From assembly GCA_030754595.1 (NCBI GenBank), contig JASLZZ010000079.1, positions 9,880 through 73,879 on the forward strand: a DNA stretch of 64,000 bases. Direction: 5' to 3'. The stretch is from Nitrospinota bacterium. GTDB lineage: Bacteria > UBA8248. Positions 50,072-60,394 of the stretch are shown here, one piece after another. The stretch's first letter is position 1. Each line of letters begins with the position of its first letter. The position numbers were made by a program, and so were the translations under genes. The notes beneath the pieces are model-generated. The model saw nothing but the letters and a program-made list of their open reading frames with translations, did no database searches and was not told where the DNA came from.

Positions 50072-52957
50072 CTAGGCGTAGCTCTCCAGCGGCTGACAGG
50101 AGCAGATCAGGTTCTTGTCCCCATAAGGGTTATCGATTCGCTTGACGGGGGGCCAATATTTATTCCGGGCGACCCAAGGAAGCGGGAAGACGCCTTTTTC
50201 CCTGGAATAGGGGTGGGTCCAGTCCTCCCGGGCGATATCGCCCATCGTGTGAGGTGCATTTTTCAGGACGTTGTCTTCCCTTCCGGCCCGCCCCTGTTCG
50301 ATTTCGCGGATCTCCTCGCGGATGGCGAGCATCGCGTCGCAAAACCGATCCAACTCCTCCTTGGATTCGCTCTCGGTGGGCTCGATCATGAGCGTCCCCG
50401 CCACCGGAAACGACATGGTCGGCGCGTGGAATCCGAAGTCCATGAGCCGTTTGGCCACATCCTCGGCGGAAACGCCGGTTCCCTCCTTGAAGGGCCTGAG
50501 ATCGATGATGCACTCGTGGGCCACCATCCCGTTCCGGCCCGTGTAGAGCACCTCGTAGTGGGCCTGGAGGCGGCGGGTGATGTAGTTGGCGCTGAGGATC
50601 GCCACCTGGGTCGCCTCGATGAGTCCCTTGGCCCCCATCATCGAAATATAGCACCACGAAATCGGGAGCACGCCGGCGTTTCCCCAGGGAGCGGCCGAGA
50701 CGGCGCTAACGCCGGTCTCGGGGCCCGCGCCGGGGACGACCGAGTGGGCCGGCAGGAAGGGCGCGAGTTGACTCGCCACGCAGATCGGGCCCGCGCCGGG
50801 GCCGCCTCCGCCGTGCGGGATCGAGAAGGTTTTATGCAGGTTAATGTGGATAACGTCGGGGCCGAACTCGCCCGGCCGGCAGATGCCCACCAGGGCGTTG
50901 AGGTTGGCCCCGTCCATGTAAACCTGCCCGCCGCTCTCGTGGATAACGCCGCAGATCTCCGAGACAGCCTCCTCGAAGACGCCGTGGGTCGAGGGGTAGG
51001 TGATCATCAGCGAGGCGAGGTTGGCGGAGTGCTCGGCGGCCTTCGCCCCCAGATTGGCGAGATCGACGTTGCCGTCCTTGTCGCAGGCGACGACGACGAC
51101 CTTCCAGCCGAGCATCGAGGCGCTTGCCGGATTCGTTCCGTGGGCCGAACTGGGGATCAGGCAGATGTTCCGGTGTCCCTCGCCCCGGCTCTCGTGATAC
51201 TTGCGAATCGTGAGCAGGCCCGTGTACTCGCCCTGGGCGCCCGAGTTGGGCTGGAGCGAGACGCCCGCGAAGCCGCTGATGTCGGCGAGCATCCCCTTGA
51301 GCTCGTCCATCATCAGGCGGTATCCCTCGGTTTGACCTTGGGGGGCGAAGGGATGGATGCCGGCGAACTCGGGCCAGCTGACCGGGATCATCTCGGTCGT
51401 GGCGTTGAGCTTCATCGTGCACGAGCCGAGCGGAATCATCGATCGCGTCAGGGCGATGTCTTTTTCCTGAAGCCGGAATAGATAGCGAAGCATTTCGTGC
51501 TCGGGATGATAGGCACTGAACACGGGGTGGGTGAGATACTCCGAGGTCCGCCGGAGGGAGGGCGGTATGCACTCCCCGGCCTCGGCGTCCATTTCGCCGA
51601 TTCCGAACTCAACCCCCGCGCCGTCCGCGAAAATCCCCCACAGCGCCTCGACCTCCTCGCGCCGGGTGGTCTCGTCGAGGGAAATTCCCACGCGCTCCTC
51701 GTCCACGGGCCGGAGGTTGATCAGCCGCTCCTCGGCCCGCTTGATGACGCCGGCGGCCCCGCCCGGCGCCTTTACCGTGATAGTGTCGAAGAAGGCGCCG
51801 GTCTCGACCTCGCAGCCGAGCCGCTCGAACCCGCAGGCCAGCGCCGCCGTCAGGCGATGGACGCGCTCGCCGATTCGCTTGAGCCCCACCGGACCGTGGT
51901 AGACGGCATACATGCCCGCCATGACGGCGAGGAGGACCTGGGAGGTGCAGATATTGCTCGTCGCCCGCTCCCGGCGGATGTGCTGTTCACGCGTCTGGAG
52001 GGCGAGCCGGAGGGAGGGGGCCCCGGCGGCGTCCACCGAGACTCCCACCAATCGGCCAGGCATCGAACGCTTGTAGCTCTCCCTCGTCGCCAAGTAGGCG
52101 GCGTGCGGCCCGCCCAGGCCCATGGGCACCCCGAATCGCTGAGTGTTGCCGACAACGACATCCGCACCGAACTCGCCGGGCGGCTTGAGAAGGGTCAGGC
52201 TGAGCAGGTCGGCGGCAACGATGACGAGCGCGCCCTTCCGGTGGGCTTCTTCGATGAGCGCGGCGTAGTCGTGGACCTCGCCCGAGGAAGCCGGGTACTG
52301 GAGCATCAAGGCGAAGGGATCGCCATCGAAAGGATCATCGAGATGGCTGCCCGCCACGATCTCGATGCCCATCGGCGCGGCTCGGGTGCCCATCACCTCG
52401 ATCGTCTGCGGGTGGCAATCGCGGGAGACGAAAAGCCTCGAGCCATCGAGCTTGCTGATCGAATAGCACATCGCCATCGCCTCGGCGGCGGCGGTCGCTT
52501 CGTCGAGCAGGGAGGCGTTCGTCATCTCCATCCCGGTGAGGTCCATCACCATGGTCTGAAAGTTGAGGAGGGCTTCGAGCCGGCCCTGGGATATCTCGGG
52601 CTGATAGGGGGTGTAGGCCGTGTACCAGCCGGGATTCTCGAGAATATTGCGAAGGATGACCGCGGGGGTGTGACAGTCCGAAAAGCCCATGCCGATCATC
52701 GATCGGAGCACCCGGTTCCTTGAGGCGATATTCTTCAGCCGGGCCAGGACCTCTTGCTCCGATCGGCTATCGCCGATGCCGAGCGGCGAGCGCGAAACGA
52801 TGGCGGCCGGCACCGTCCGTTCGATGAGTTCATCGAGCGACGAGAGGTCCAACGTCCCGAGCATCTCCCCGATCTCGGTCTCGTCCGGGCCGATGTGCCT
52901 TCGGATGAATTCTTCACTGTTTTCCAGCTCTTCGAGTGCGGCGCGCGGTTCAGCCAT
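50072..52957 (-). CDS. gcvP: Glycine dehydrogenase (single-chain P protein)
   Basis: [33 protein letters not shown] and [17 protein letters not shown]. Confidence 0.98.
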   Translation of the reverse strand: MAEPRAALEELENSEEFIRRHIGPDETEIGEMLGTLDLSSLDELIERTVPAAIVSRSPLGIGDSRSEQEVLARLKNIASRNRVLRSMIGMGFSDCHTPAVILRNILENPGWYTAYTPYQPEISQGRLEALLNFQTMVMDLTGMEMTNASLLDEATAAAEAMAMCYSISKLDGSRLFVSRDCHPQTIEVMGTRAAPMGIEIVAGSHLDDPFDGDPFALMLQYPASSGEVHDYAALIEEAHRKGALVIVAADLLSLTLLKPPGEFGADVVVGNTQRFGVPMGLGGPHAAYLATRESYKRSMPGRLVGVSVDAAGAPSLRLALQTREQHIRRERATSNICTSQVLLAVMAGMYAVYHGPVGLKRIGERVHRLTAALACGFERLGCEVETGAFFDTITVKAPGGAAGVIKRAEERLINLRPVDEERVGISLDETTRREEVEALWGIFADGAGVEFGIGEMDAEAGECIPPSLRRTSEYLTHPVFSAYHPEHEMLRYLFRLQEKDIALTRSMIPLGSCTMKLNATTEMIPVSWPEFAGIHPFAPQGQTEGYRLMMDELKGMLADISGFAGVSLQPNSGAQGEYTGLLTIRKYHESRGEGHRNICLIPSSAHGTNPASASMLGWKVVVVACDKDGNVDLANLGAKAAEHSANLASLMITYPSTHGVFEEAVSEICGVIHESGGQVYMDGANLNALVGICRPGEFGPDVIHINLHKTFSIPHGGGGPGAGPICVASQLAPFLPAHSVVPGAGPETGVSAVSAAPWGNAGVLPISWCYISMMGAKGLIEATQVAILSANYITRRLQAHYEVLYTGRNGMVAHECIIDLRPFKEGTGVSAEDVAKRLMDFGFHAPTMSFPVAGTLMIEPTESESKEELDRFCDAMLAIREEIREIEQGRAGREDNVLKNAPHTMGDIAREDWTHPYSREKGVFPLPWVARNKYWPPVKRIDNPYGDKNLICSCQPLESYA

Positions 52958-53116
52958 GATTCACCGTCCTTAACTGGGCATGACGAATTTTATCGCGGTT
53001 ATCCAAGGCCGGGCGAAACGGGCGAGAGGGAAGCCCCGTGCAACGCGGTGCGGCCGCCGGATTGTGACCCGGGTCCTGTGACCCAGGGCCCGCCGCTTTT
53101 CCGTGCTGCGCCTGAA

Positions 53117-53506
53117 TCAAGCGCTTTCTTCTTCGACGAACACCTTGTACTCGTCGGCTTCGAGCAGCCCGTCCAGCTCCGAGGTGTCGCTCATCTCGAT
53201 CCGAAGCATCCAGGCGTCCTCGAACGGATCGCTGTTGACGAGTTCGGGTGCGTCGTTGAGCTCCTCGTTCACTTCGGTCACCGTGCCGGTTACCGGGGCG
53301 TAAAGATCCGAAACCGCCTTCACCGATTCGACGACGCCGAAGGTGTTGTTCGCCTCCACCTCGACCCCGACTTCAGGAAGCTCGACATAGACCACATCGC
53401 CCAGTTCGGACTGCGCGAAATCGGTGATCCCGACGATCGCGACGCTTCCCACCACCTTCACCCACTCATGCTCGCGGGAATATTTGAGCCCTAGAGGATA
53501 TTCCAT
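53117..53506 (-). CDS. gcvH: Glycine cleavage H protein
   Basis: [15 protein letters not shown] and VESVKA (lipoyl lysine). Confidence 0.98.
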   Translation of the reverse strand: MEYPLGLKYSREHEWVKVVGSVAIVGITDFAQSELGDVVYVELPEVGVEVEANNTFGVVESVKAVSDLYAPVTGTVTEVNEELNDAPELVNSDPFEDAWMLRIEMSDTSELDGLLEADEYKVFVEEESA

Positions 53507-53605
53507 TTTCTCCGCTACCTCCCAAGATAAATGACGGATAGTTTCATGCCCAAGGTTTTTCGGCTCCTGCCATGCAGGCCGGCCCGGACCGTTTCGAGGC
53601 CGGCC

Positions 53606-54721
53606 CTACTTTTTCCGGTAAAAAGGCGTTTTGACGACTCTCGCCGCTAGGCGCTTGCCCCGGATGTCCACCTCGACCTCGCTTCCCACCCCTGCATGGG
53701 AAATGGGAACGTAGCCGATGCCGATGGCTTTGCCAAGCGAGGGGCCCATTGTTCCACTTGTCACGGCGCCGGCCAGCTCCCCGTCCGCTAGAATCGGCGC
53801 CCCGTGCCTCGGGATGCCCCGGTCCAGCATCTCAATCCCGACGAGTTTCCGGGACGGCCCCTCCTCCTTTATCCGGAGTAGGCTCTCGCGCCCGACGAAA
53901 TCTCCCGCCTTGAACTTCACCACCCAGCCAAGACCCGCCTCGAGCGGATTCGTCGTCTCATCGATATCGTTTCCGTAGAGGGCGAATTTCATCTCGGTCC
54001 TGAGGGTGTCCCTCGCCCCGAGGCCGCAGGGGAGCATCCCGAGGCCCGCCCCGGCCGTGAGAAGCGCCTCCCAGACATGGGGGGCATCCTCCTCCGCGAG
54101 GTAGAGCTCGAAGCCGTCCTCGCCCGTGTACCCCGTGCGCGAAACGAGCATATTCCGCCCGGCGACCTCGCGCTCCGCCACGGCGTAATAGGCGATGGCC
54201 TCCAGGTCACCGCCGCCGGGAATCAGGCCGGCGAGGATTTCCGCCGCCGCCGGGCCCTGGGGGGCGATAAGCGCCATCTCATCGCTCAGGTTCCTGAACT
54301 CGCAGTCCGCCCCTTTGTGGGCGGCCATCCACTCCCAGTCTTTTTCGATGTTCGCCGCGTTCACGACGGCCATGAACCGCTCCGCTCCGAGGCGGTAGAC
54401 GGTAAGGTCGTCCACGATGCCGCCCCCCTCGCGGCACATTGCCGAATAGAGGACCTTTCCGACCTCGAGTTTTTTGACGCTGTTCGTCAGGAGCCCGTCG
54501 AGAAAATCCGCCGCGCCCGGCCCCTCGGCCTCGAACTCGCCCATATGGCTGATATCGAACAGCCCCGCCGCCCCGCGGACGGCATTGTGCTCTTCGATGA
54601 CCCCTGTGTACTGGACGGGCATCTCGTAGCCCGCGAAGGGGACCACCCTCGCCCCCAGGCGGACATGGGAATCGTAGAGCGGTGTCCGCAGGAGGGTTTC
54701 CCCGGCCTCCGACATTGCCAC
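53606..54721 (-). CDS. gcvT: Glycine cleavage T protein
   Basis: RTPLY, FAGYEMP, FDISHMG, SRTGYTGEDGFE and GLGARDTLR. Confidence 0.98.
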   Translation of the reverse strand: MAMSEAGETLLRTPLYDSHVRLGARVVPFAGYEMPVQYTGVIEEHNAVRGAAGLFDISHMGEFEAEGPGAADFLDGLLTNSVKKLEVGKVLYSAMCREGGGIVDDLTVYRLGAERFMAVVNAANIEKDWEWMAAHKGADCEFRNLSDEMALIAPQGPAAAEILAGLIPGGGDLEAIAYYAVAEREVAGRNMLVSRTGYTGEDGFELYLAEEDAPHVWEALLTAGAGLGMLPCGLGARDTLRTEMKFALYGNDIDETTNPLEAGLGWVVKFKAGDFVGRESLLRIKEEGPSRKLVGIEMLDRGIPRHGAPILADGELAGAVTSGTMGPSLGKAIGIGYVPISHAGVGSEVEVDIRGKRLAARVVKTPFYRKK

Positions 54722-54928
54722 CTCGATCGGGTTGAAGGAAACGAAACGAGCGTGTGAGTCCGAGGCTTACCGTTTCCAGCGGCGAATTTCAAGAACAAAA
54801 TGCGCCGCGGGAACGGGGCCTGGTAGCGGGCGGGTCGGATATCTTCAAATCTATTCATTTCAATGACTTATTAATCAAAAACGACACCGCTATCGAACTT
54901 TAACCTGCTGGCGAGGCGGGGCCGCCCG

Positions 54929-55989
54929 CTAGCCAAACGCGCGGATTCCCGTTTCGTATCCCGCGATGATCAGCTTTTGAATCTGGCTGGTCCCCTCGTA
55001 GATGGTCGCCACGCGGGCATCGCCCATGTAGCGCTCGACCGGGAACTCGTTGCTGTAGCCCATGCCCCCGTGAACCTGTATCGCGTCGTTGGCGCACCGG
55101 AGCGCCGTCTCGCTCGCGAAATATTTCGCGATCGAGGTTTCCTTGGTGTTGGGCGCTCCCGCGTTCTTGAGCTCGCCCGCCCGGTAGACCAAGAGGCGCG
55201 AGGCGTCGATATCCACCACCATGCGGGCGATCACTTCCTGGACGAGTTGATGGGCCGCGATGGGTTTGCCGAAGGTGCGGCGCTCATCGCCACCTTGAAC
55301 CCGTCGCCCACCTCGCCCAGCAGAGCCTCGTCCGGAACCTCGACCCCGTCGAGATAAAGCTCGGCCGTGTTCGAGCTCCTGAGACCGAGTTTTCCCCCCG
55401 TATTTTTCGAGGTGAATCCCGGGGTATCGGTCTCGATCAGAAAAGCCGCCATCCGCCGGGGGTTTTCCCGATCGGTTTGTGCGATGACGAGGGCGAGCCG
55501 GGCGAGGCCGCCGTTGCTGATCCAGATTTTCCGCCCGTCGAGCCGCCACCCCCCGTTGGTTTTTTCCGCGAAGCTCCGGATATGCTGGGCGTCCGAGCCG
55601 ACGTCGGGCTCGGTCAGCCCCAGACAGCCGAGCCACTCGGCCGAGCAGAGCCGGGGGAGGTATTTTCTTTTCTGCTCGCCAGAGCCCCATTTCAGGATTG
55701 TCGAGGACACGAGGGACATCTGAACGGAAAGAACGGTCCGCACGGAGCTGCAGGCCTTGCTGATTTCCTCCATCAGCACGGCGTAGGAGATGTAGTCCAT
55801 ACCCGCGCCGCCGTACGCCTCGGGGATCACCCCGCCGAAAAACCCGAGCGCGCCCGTCTCCTCGACAATCCCGGCGGGAAACCGCCCGTCGATATCGTTT
55901 TGCCGGGCGACGGGGGCGATCCGGGTGGCGGCGAATTCGGCGGCCGTCTCCTTGAGGAGCCGCTGGGCTTCGTTGAGTTCGAAATCCAC
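54929..55989 (-). pseudogene. Acyl-CoA dehydrogenase with an internal frameshifting deletion
   Basis: The N-terminal part (PEAYGG, GLTEPDVGSD, KIWISNG, KLGLR, GFKVAMS) and the C-terminal part (ERRTFGKPI, QVHGGMGY, IYEGTSQI) are in different frames, and the intervening helix is absent. Confidence 0.88.
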
Positions 55990-55995
55990 GGAGGG

Positions 55996-56853
55996 TCAGT
56001 CCTCGTAGCTGTAAAAACCGCGCCCGCTTTTCCGCCCCAGGTGGCCGGCGCGCGCCATTTTCTTCAAAAGAAAATTCGGGCGGTAGCGCTGGTCGCCGAG
56101 CTCGCGGTAGAGGGTCTCGGTCTTGGCGAGGTGGATGTCCACCCCGATGAGGTCGATCAGCTCGAGCGGTCCCATCGGGAAACCGCAGCCCATCTTCATC
56201 GCCGCGTCGATGTCCTCGGCCGAGGCGAGCCCCTGGGCGAAAACCTCGACGGCCTCGTTGAGCGATCCGGCCAGCACGCGGCTGCCGATTCCGGCGGGGC
56301 TGTCGAAGCGGGCCTGGACGGGCTGCTTGCCCAGCGTCCGCGCCAGTTCGCTCACGGCATCGACCGTCTCCGGCGCCGTCCCGATGCCGGGCATGATCTC
56401 GACCAGCTTCATGACGACCGGGGGATTGAAGAAGTGCATTCCGACCACCTTATCCGGCCGGGAGGTGGCCGCCGCCATCTCGCTGATGGACAGCGAGGTG
56501 GTGTTGGAGGCGAAGATCGTCCGGTCCGGAGCGGCCTCATCGAGCGCAGTCAAAGTCTGCTTCTTGACCTCCATGTCCTCGAAGATCGCCTCGACCACGA
56601 TGTCCGCCCCGGAGGCGGCGGCGTGGCCGGTTCCCGCCGTGATGCGGCCGATTATCCCGTTCTTGTCGGCGTCGCTCATTTTCCCCTGTTCGACCCGCCG
56701 GGCCATCCGATTCTCGAGCCCGGCCACGGCGTCTGAAGCGATCTCCTCGCTCCGGTCGGTCAGGGTGACCGGGATGCCGCTCTGGGCGAAAAGCTGGGCG
56801 ATGCCCGCGCCCATCGCTCCCGCGCCGACCACCAGCGCCTTTTTGAATTCCAT
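55996..56853 (-). CDS. 3-hydroxyacyl-CoA (3-hydroxybutyryl-CoA-like) dehydrogenase
   Basis: GAGAMGAG, EAIFED..K, ASNTTS, GMHFFNP, PMGP and LGRKSGRGFY. Confidence 0.93.
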   Translation of the reverse strand: MEFKKALVVGAGAMGAGIAQLFAQSGIPVTLTDRSEEIASDAVAGLENRMARRVEQGKMSDADKNGIIGRITAGTGHAAASGADIVVEAIFEDMEVKKQTLTALDEAAPDRTIFASNTTSLSISEMAAATSRPDKVVGMHFFNPPVVMKLVEIMPGIGTAPETVDAVSELARTLGKQPVQARFDSPAGIGSRVLAGSLNEAVEVFAQGLASAEDIDAAMKMGCGFPMGPLELIDLIGVDIHLAKTETLYRELGDQRYRPNFLLKKMARAGHLGRKSGRGFYSYED

Positions 56854-56926
56854 CTCTTGGGTTCCCCTCTTTCGAGCCACCGGAATCGGATAAGCCGCCG
56901 GCCTTGGTTTAGCCGCCGGATTTAAG

Positions 56927-58114
56927 TTAGGCGGCGATGCGCTGGACGACGACGGCGACGCCCTGGCCGCCTCCGATGCAGGCGCTCACCACGCCGAACT
57001 CCCCGCCCCGCTGCTCGAGGGCGCTCAGGCAGGTGGCCAAGAGCTTTCCGCCGGTCGCGCCTACGGGATGCCCGAGCGCGATGGCGCCGCCGTGGACGTT
57101 GAGTTTTTCCCGGTCCCAGCCGAGCTCGCGCTCGCAGGCGATGACCTGAACGGCGAAGGCCTCGTTCACCTCTATCAGGTCCATGTCCCCGAGGGCGAGG
57201 CCCGCGCGCTCCAGCGCCCCGGGAATCGCCGTCACCGGTCCCAGCCCCATGAACCGGGGCTCGACGCCCGTCGAGGCATAGCCCTTGAGCACGGCGATGG
57301 GCTTCGCCCCTAGCTCGTCCGCCCTCTCGCGGGAGGCGAGGACGAGGGCCGAGCCGGCGTCCGCCTGGGTGCAGGCGTTTCCGGCGGTGACCGAGCCGTG
57401 GTCGTTGAACACGGGCTTGAGCTTGCCGAGTTTTTCTATCGAAAGCCCCCCGCGCGGGGTCTCGTCGGCGCCGAACGAATTGACCTCGCCCTTACGCCCC
57501 TTGAGTTCGACCGGGACGATCTCGGCGGCGAATTTTCCGCCGGCAATCGCGGCGGCGGATTTTTCCTGACTCTCAAGGGCGTAGGCGTCCTGCTCCTCGC
57601 GCCCGATGTTGTAGCGCTCGGCGAGGTTCTCGGCCGTGTTCCCCATCAACTCGCCCGCCAGCGGGCACATGTAGCCGTCCTTGTAGATGAGGTCGAGAAA
57701 TTCGGCGTGACCGAAGCGGTTGCCCCAGCGGGCGCCCGGCTGGACGTAGGGGACGTTCGTGGTGCTCTCTGCCCCACCGGCGAGGACGATATCGGCGTCG
57801 CCCGCCCGGATGGCCTGGGCGCCCAGCGCGGCCGCCTTGAGACTCGAACCGCAGCGCTTGTTAATGGTGTAGGCGGGAACCTCCACGGGCAGCCCCGCGC
57901 CCACCGAGATCAGCCGCGCCGAATTCGGACCCACGGCCGCCTGCCAGCCGTTGCCGATGACGGTTTCGTCGAAATGCTCGGGCGCGACGCCCGAGCGGCG
58001 GACGGCCCCCCTCGCCGCGTGGACGCCGAGGTCCACCACGCTCATATTTTTAAGCGACCCGCCGAAGGCGCCGCCCGCGGTGCGCACGCTGCTCAGGATT
58101 ACGACTTCTCTCAT
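56927..58114 (-). CDS. Acetyl-CoA C-acyltransferase (thiolase)
   Basis: [21 protein letters not shown] and CIGGGQG. Confidence 0.96.
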   Translation of the reverse strand: MREVVILSSVRTAGGAFGGSLKNMSVVDLGVHAARGAVRRSGVAPEHFDETVIGNGWQAAVGPNSARLISVGAGLPVEVPAYTINKRCGSSLKAAALGAQAIRAGDADIVLAGGAESTTNVPYVQPGARWGNRFGHAEFLDLIYKDGYMCPLAGELMGNTAENLAERYNIGREEQDAYALESQEKSAAAIAGGKFAAEIVPVELKGRKGEVNSFGADETPRGGLSIEKLGKLKPVFNDHGSVTAGNACTQADAGSALVLASRERADELGAKPIAVLKGYASTGVEPRFMGLGPVTAIPGALERAGLALGDMDLIEVNEAFAVQVIACERELGWDREKLNVHGGAIALGHPVGATGGKLLATCLSALEQRGGEFGVVSACIGGGQGVAVVVQRIAA

Positions 58115-58300
58115 GCGAATGGGCTCCTGTCATGGTTCCGGAGATGCCGAAAATTTTCGTTCGAATTCGGGAATCCGGGGTTCCGATTGGGCCCTCGGGG
58201 CGCGTCCCGCAGGCCAAGGGTTTTATGGCATACCGGCCCGGGAGCGGCAAGACGACAGAGGGGGAAATCAAGAGAGCGGCGGCCCGGAAAGCCCGCCTCG

Positions 58301-59266
58301 CTAAGCGTTTTCGGCGAGGACGCGGAGGTCCTCCAGGGCATCGAGGAAATCGCGGGGCGGTTCGGCCTCCAGGGCGCAGGGCGCACCTCCCACCGGGTGG
58401 TCGAACTCGAGCCGGTAGGCGTGGAGGGCCTGGCGGCCGATCAGTGTCTCGGCCTCTTTTTTCCGGAGGCGCTTCCCCCGGCTCGGCAGCCTCCCCCGCC
58501 CGTAGACCGGATCACCCAGAACGGGAAACCCGATGTGGTTGAGATGGACCCTGATCTGGTGGGTCCGGCCCGTCTCGAGGCGCACCTCGAGCAGCGCCGC
58601 CTTCTTCAGGATCTCGCGCACGCTGAAGTGGGTGACCGCCTCCCTCCCCCCCCGGATGACGGCCATCGCCGTGCGGTGGGTGGGGTGGCGCCCGATGGGG
58701 GCGTCGATGGACCCGTTGCCGTTCGGCGGCACGCCCCGGACGAGGGCCAGATAGCGGCGGCTGATCCGCCGGGCCTTGAGGGCCTCCGAGAGGCGGCGGT
58801 GGACGATGTCCGCCTTGGCGACGATAAGGAGGCCCGAAGTGTCCTTGTCGAGGCGATGGACGATGCCGGGCCGCTCGACGCCGCCGATTCCCGAGAGTTG
58901 GCCCCGGCAATGATGGAGGAGAGCGGCGACGAGAGTGCCCTCGCGGTTCCCGGCTCCGGGGTGGACCACCATGCCCGGCGGCTTGTTAACGACGAGGAGG
59001 TGCTCGTCCTCGAAGCGTACGTCGAGCGGAATATCCTCGGGGGCGAGGCGGTGGGGCTCGGGGGGCGGGACATGGACATCGATACGTGCTCCGGGCGGAA
59101 CCTTGCCGCTCGCCTTTAGGGCAGCCGCTCCATTGACAAGAACACACCCCCCCCGAATCAGCTCCTGAAGCCGCGCCCTTGAGAGGGCGGGAAACTCGCC
59201 GGCCAGATAAGCGTCCAGGCGCGGGGCCCCCCTGCCGCAATCGAGCCTGAATTTCTCCGCGGCCAT
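58301..59266 (-). CDS. rluD: RluA-family pseudouridine synthase (RluD-like)
   Basis: S4 domain, NKPPGMVVHP, HRLDKDTSG, TGRTHQIRVH and QALHA. Confidence 0.93.
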   Translation of the reverse strand: MAAEKFRLDCGRGAPRLDAYLAGEFPALSRARLQELIRGGCVLVNGAAALKASGKVPPGARIDVHVPPPEPHRLAPEDIPLDVRFEDEHLLVVNKPPGMVVHPGAGNREGTLVAALLHHCRGQLSGIGGVERPGIVHRLDKDTSGLLIVAKADIVHRRLSEALKARRISRRYLALVRGVPPNGNGSIDAPIGRHPTHRTAMAVIRGGREAVTHFSVREILKKAALLEVRLETGRTHQIRVHLNHIGFPVLGDPVYGRGRLPSRGKRLRKKEAETLIGRQALHAYRLEFDHPVGGAPCALEAEPPRDFLDALEDLRVLAENA

Positions 59267-59271
59267 GCGCC

Positions 59272-59820
59272 CTAGAGTTTGACCAGCGAGGCGATCACGC
59301 GGGTGCGCCGGTGGACCGAGCATTGCACCCGGGACCCCTCGGCGACGATATCGTGATAACCCTTCCCGGCGAGAAACCAGCCCTCGGCCAATTCGAGGCC
59401 TGTGCCATAGGCAATCGGGCGGTGGTCGTCTCCGCGCACGATGCGCAGGTGGAATTTATCCTCGAGGAATACCAGGCGGTTCAAATAGAGCGAGGCGCTT
59501 TTTCCCGAAATCTTGCCCTGAATCGAGACGGGTTTGCCGAGCAGGTCCAGGAGCGCGCGGACGCCCCGGAAGATCGCCACCGCAAGCGCCGCCACCGCAA
59601 GCGCCGCCACCGCCGCCGCGAGGACGTACTCCCGCCGGGCGACCCCCGTCCAGAACCCCGATAAAAACACCTGAGCGATGGCCGCCGCGCTCAGGCCCGC
59701 GGCCACGCCCCAGAAAGCGACGGCGTTCCTCAGATAGTGGGCCGCGTATCCTCTCGCCGTAACCACGGGCGGATCGATGGGACTTTGGCCCTGGGATCGG
59801 TTCCGGGAAATGTTGAACAC
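59272..59820 (-). CDS. Hypothetical two-TM membrane protein
   Basis: Fills the lspA-rluD gap in the same orientation; two hydrophobic segments then a beta-rich tail. Start uncertain (GTG 59820). Confidence 0.65.
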   Translation of the reverse strand: MFNISRNRSQGQSPIDPPVVTARGYAAHYLRNAVAFWGVAAGLSAAAIAQVFLSGFWTGVARREYVLAAAVAALAVAALAVAIFRGVRALLDLLGKPVSIQGKISGKSASLYLNRLVFLEDKFHLRIVRGDDHRPIAYGTGLELAEGWFLAGKGYHDIVAEGSRVQCSVHRRTRVIASLVKL

Positions 59821-59824
59821 CTGA

Positions 59825-60394
59825 TTATTCGCTCCCGCGCCCCTCGGCCGGTTCCTCGCCGGGGACGGCTCCGCCGGGGCCTCCAGCCGCAGGCTCGTCA
59901 TCTTCCGGCTCGCCCGAGGGATTCACGAATATATCCACCGCGAGCAGCGCCACCCCCACGCTGATGCACGAGTCGGCCACATTAAACGCCGGCCAGTAAA
60001 AGTCGCCGTAGTAGAAAAGAATGAAGTCTATCACCTCGCCACGGACCACCCGGTCGACGAGGTTCCCCAACCCCCCGCCGAAGATCAGGACCAGGCCGAA
60101 GTGGCCCCAACGGGTCGCGGGCGGGCTATAGCGGTGGAGATAGAAGACGAAGACCAGGGCGGCGAGAGTGGCCACGATGAAAAAGGTCCGGCCCCAGAAG
60201 GGGGGAAACCAGGCGAACAGGCTGAACGCCCCTCCCCGGTTCCGGTAATAGGTGAGACTCAGGAACCCGGGGACGATCGGCTGGCTTTCGTTGAGAAAAA
60301 GACTCGCCACGACGGCGTACTTGGTGATTTGATCGACAAGCACGAGCAGGGCCGAAACGGAGAGGAACGTGGCGAGTGGGGGACGGCGGCTCAC
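59825..60394 (-). CDS. lspA: Lipoprotein signal peptidase
   Basis: DQITK, NRGGAFS, GNLVDR, VIDF and FNVAD. GTG 60394 overlaps the ileS stop. Confidence 0.96.
   Translation of the reverse strand: MSRRPPLATFLSVSALLVLVDQITKYAVVASLFLNESQPIVPGFLSLTYYRNRGGAFSLFAWFPPFWGRTFFIVATLAALVFVFYLHRYSPPATRWGHFGLVLIFGGGLGNLVDRVVRGEVIDFILFYYGDFYWPAFNVADSCISVGVALLAVDIFVNPSGEPEDDEPAAGGPGGAVPGEEPAEGRGSE

Noticed and set aside
54722..54928. Glycine riboswitch upstream of gcvT
   Set aside because: I could not find the GGAGA...CCGAAG...CTCAGG aptamer motifs on the minus strand.
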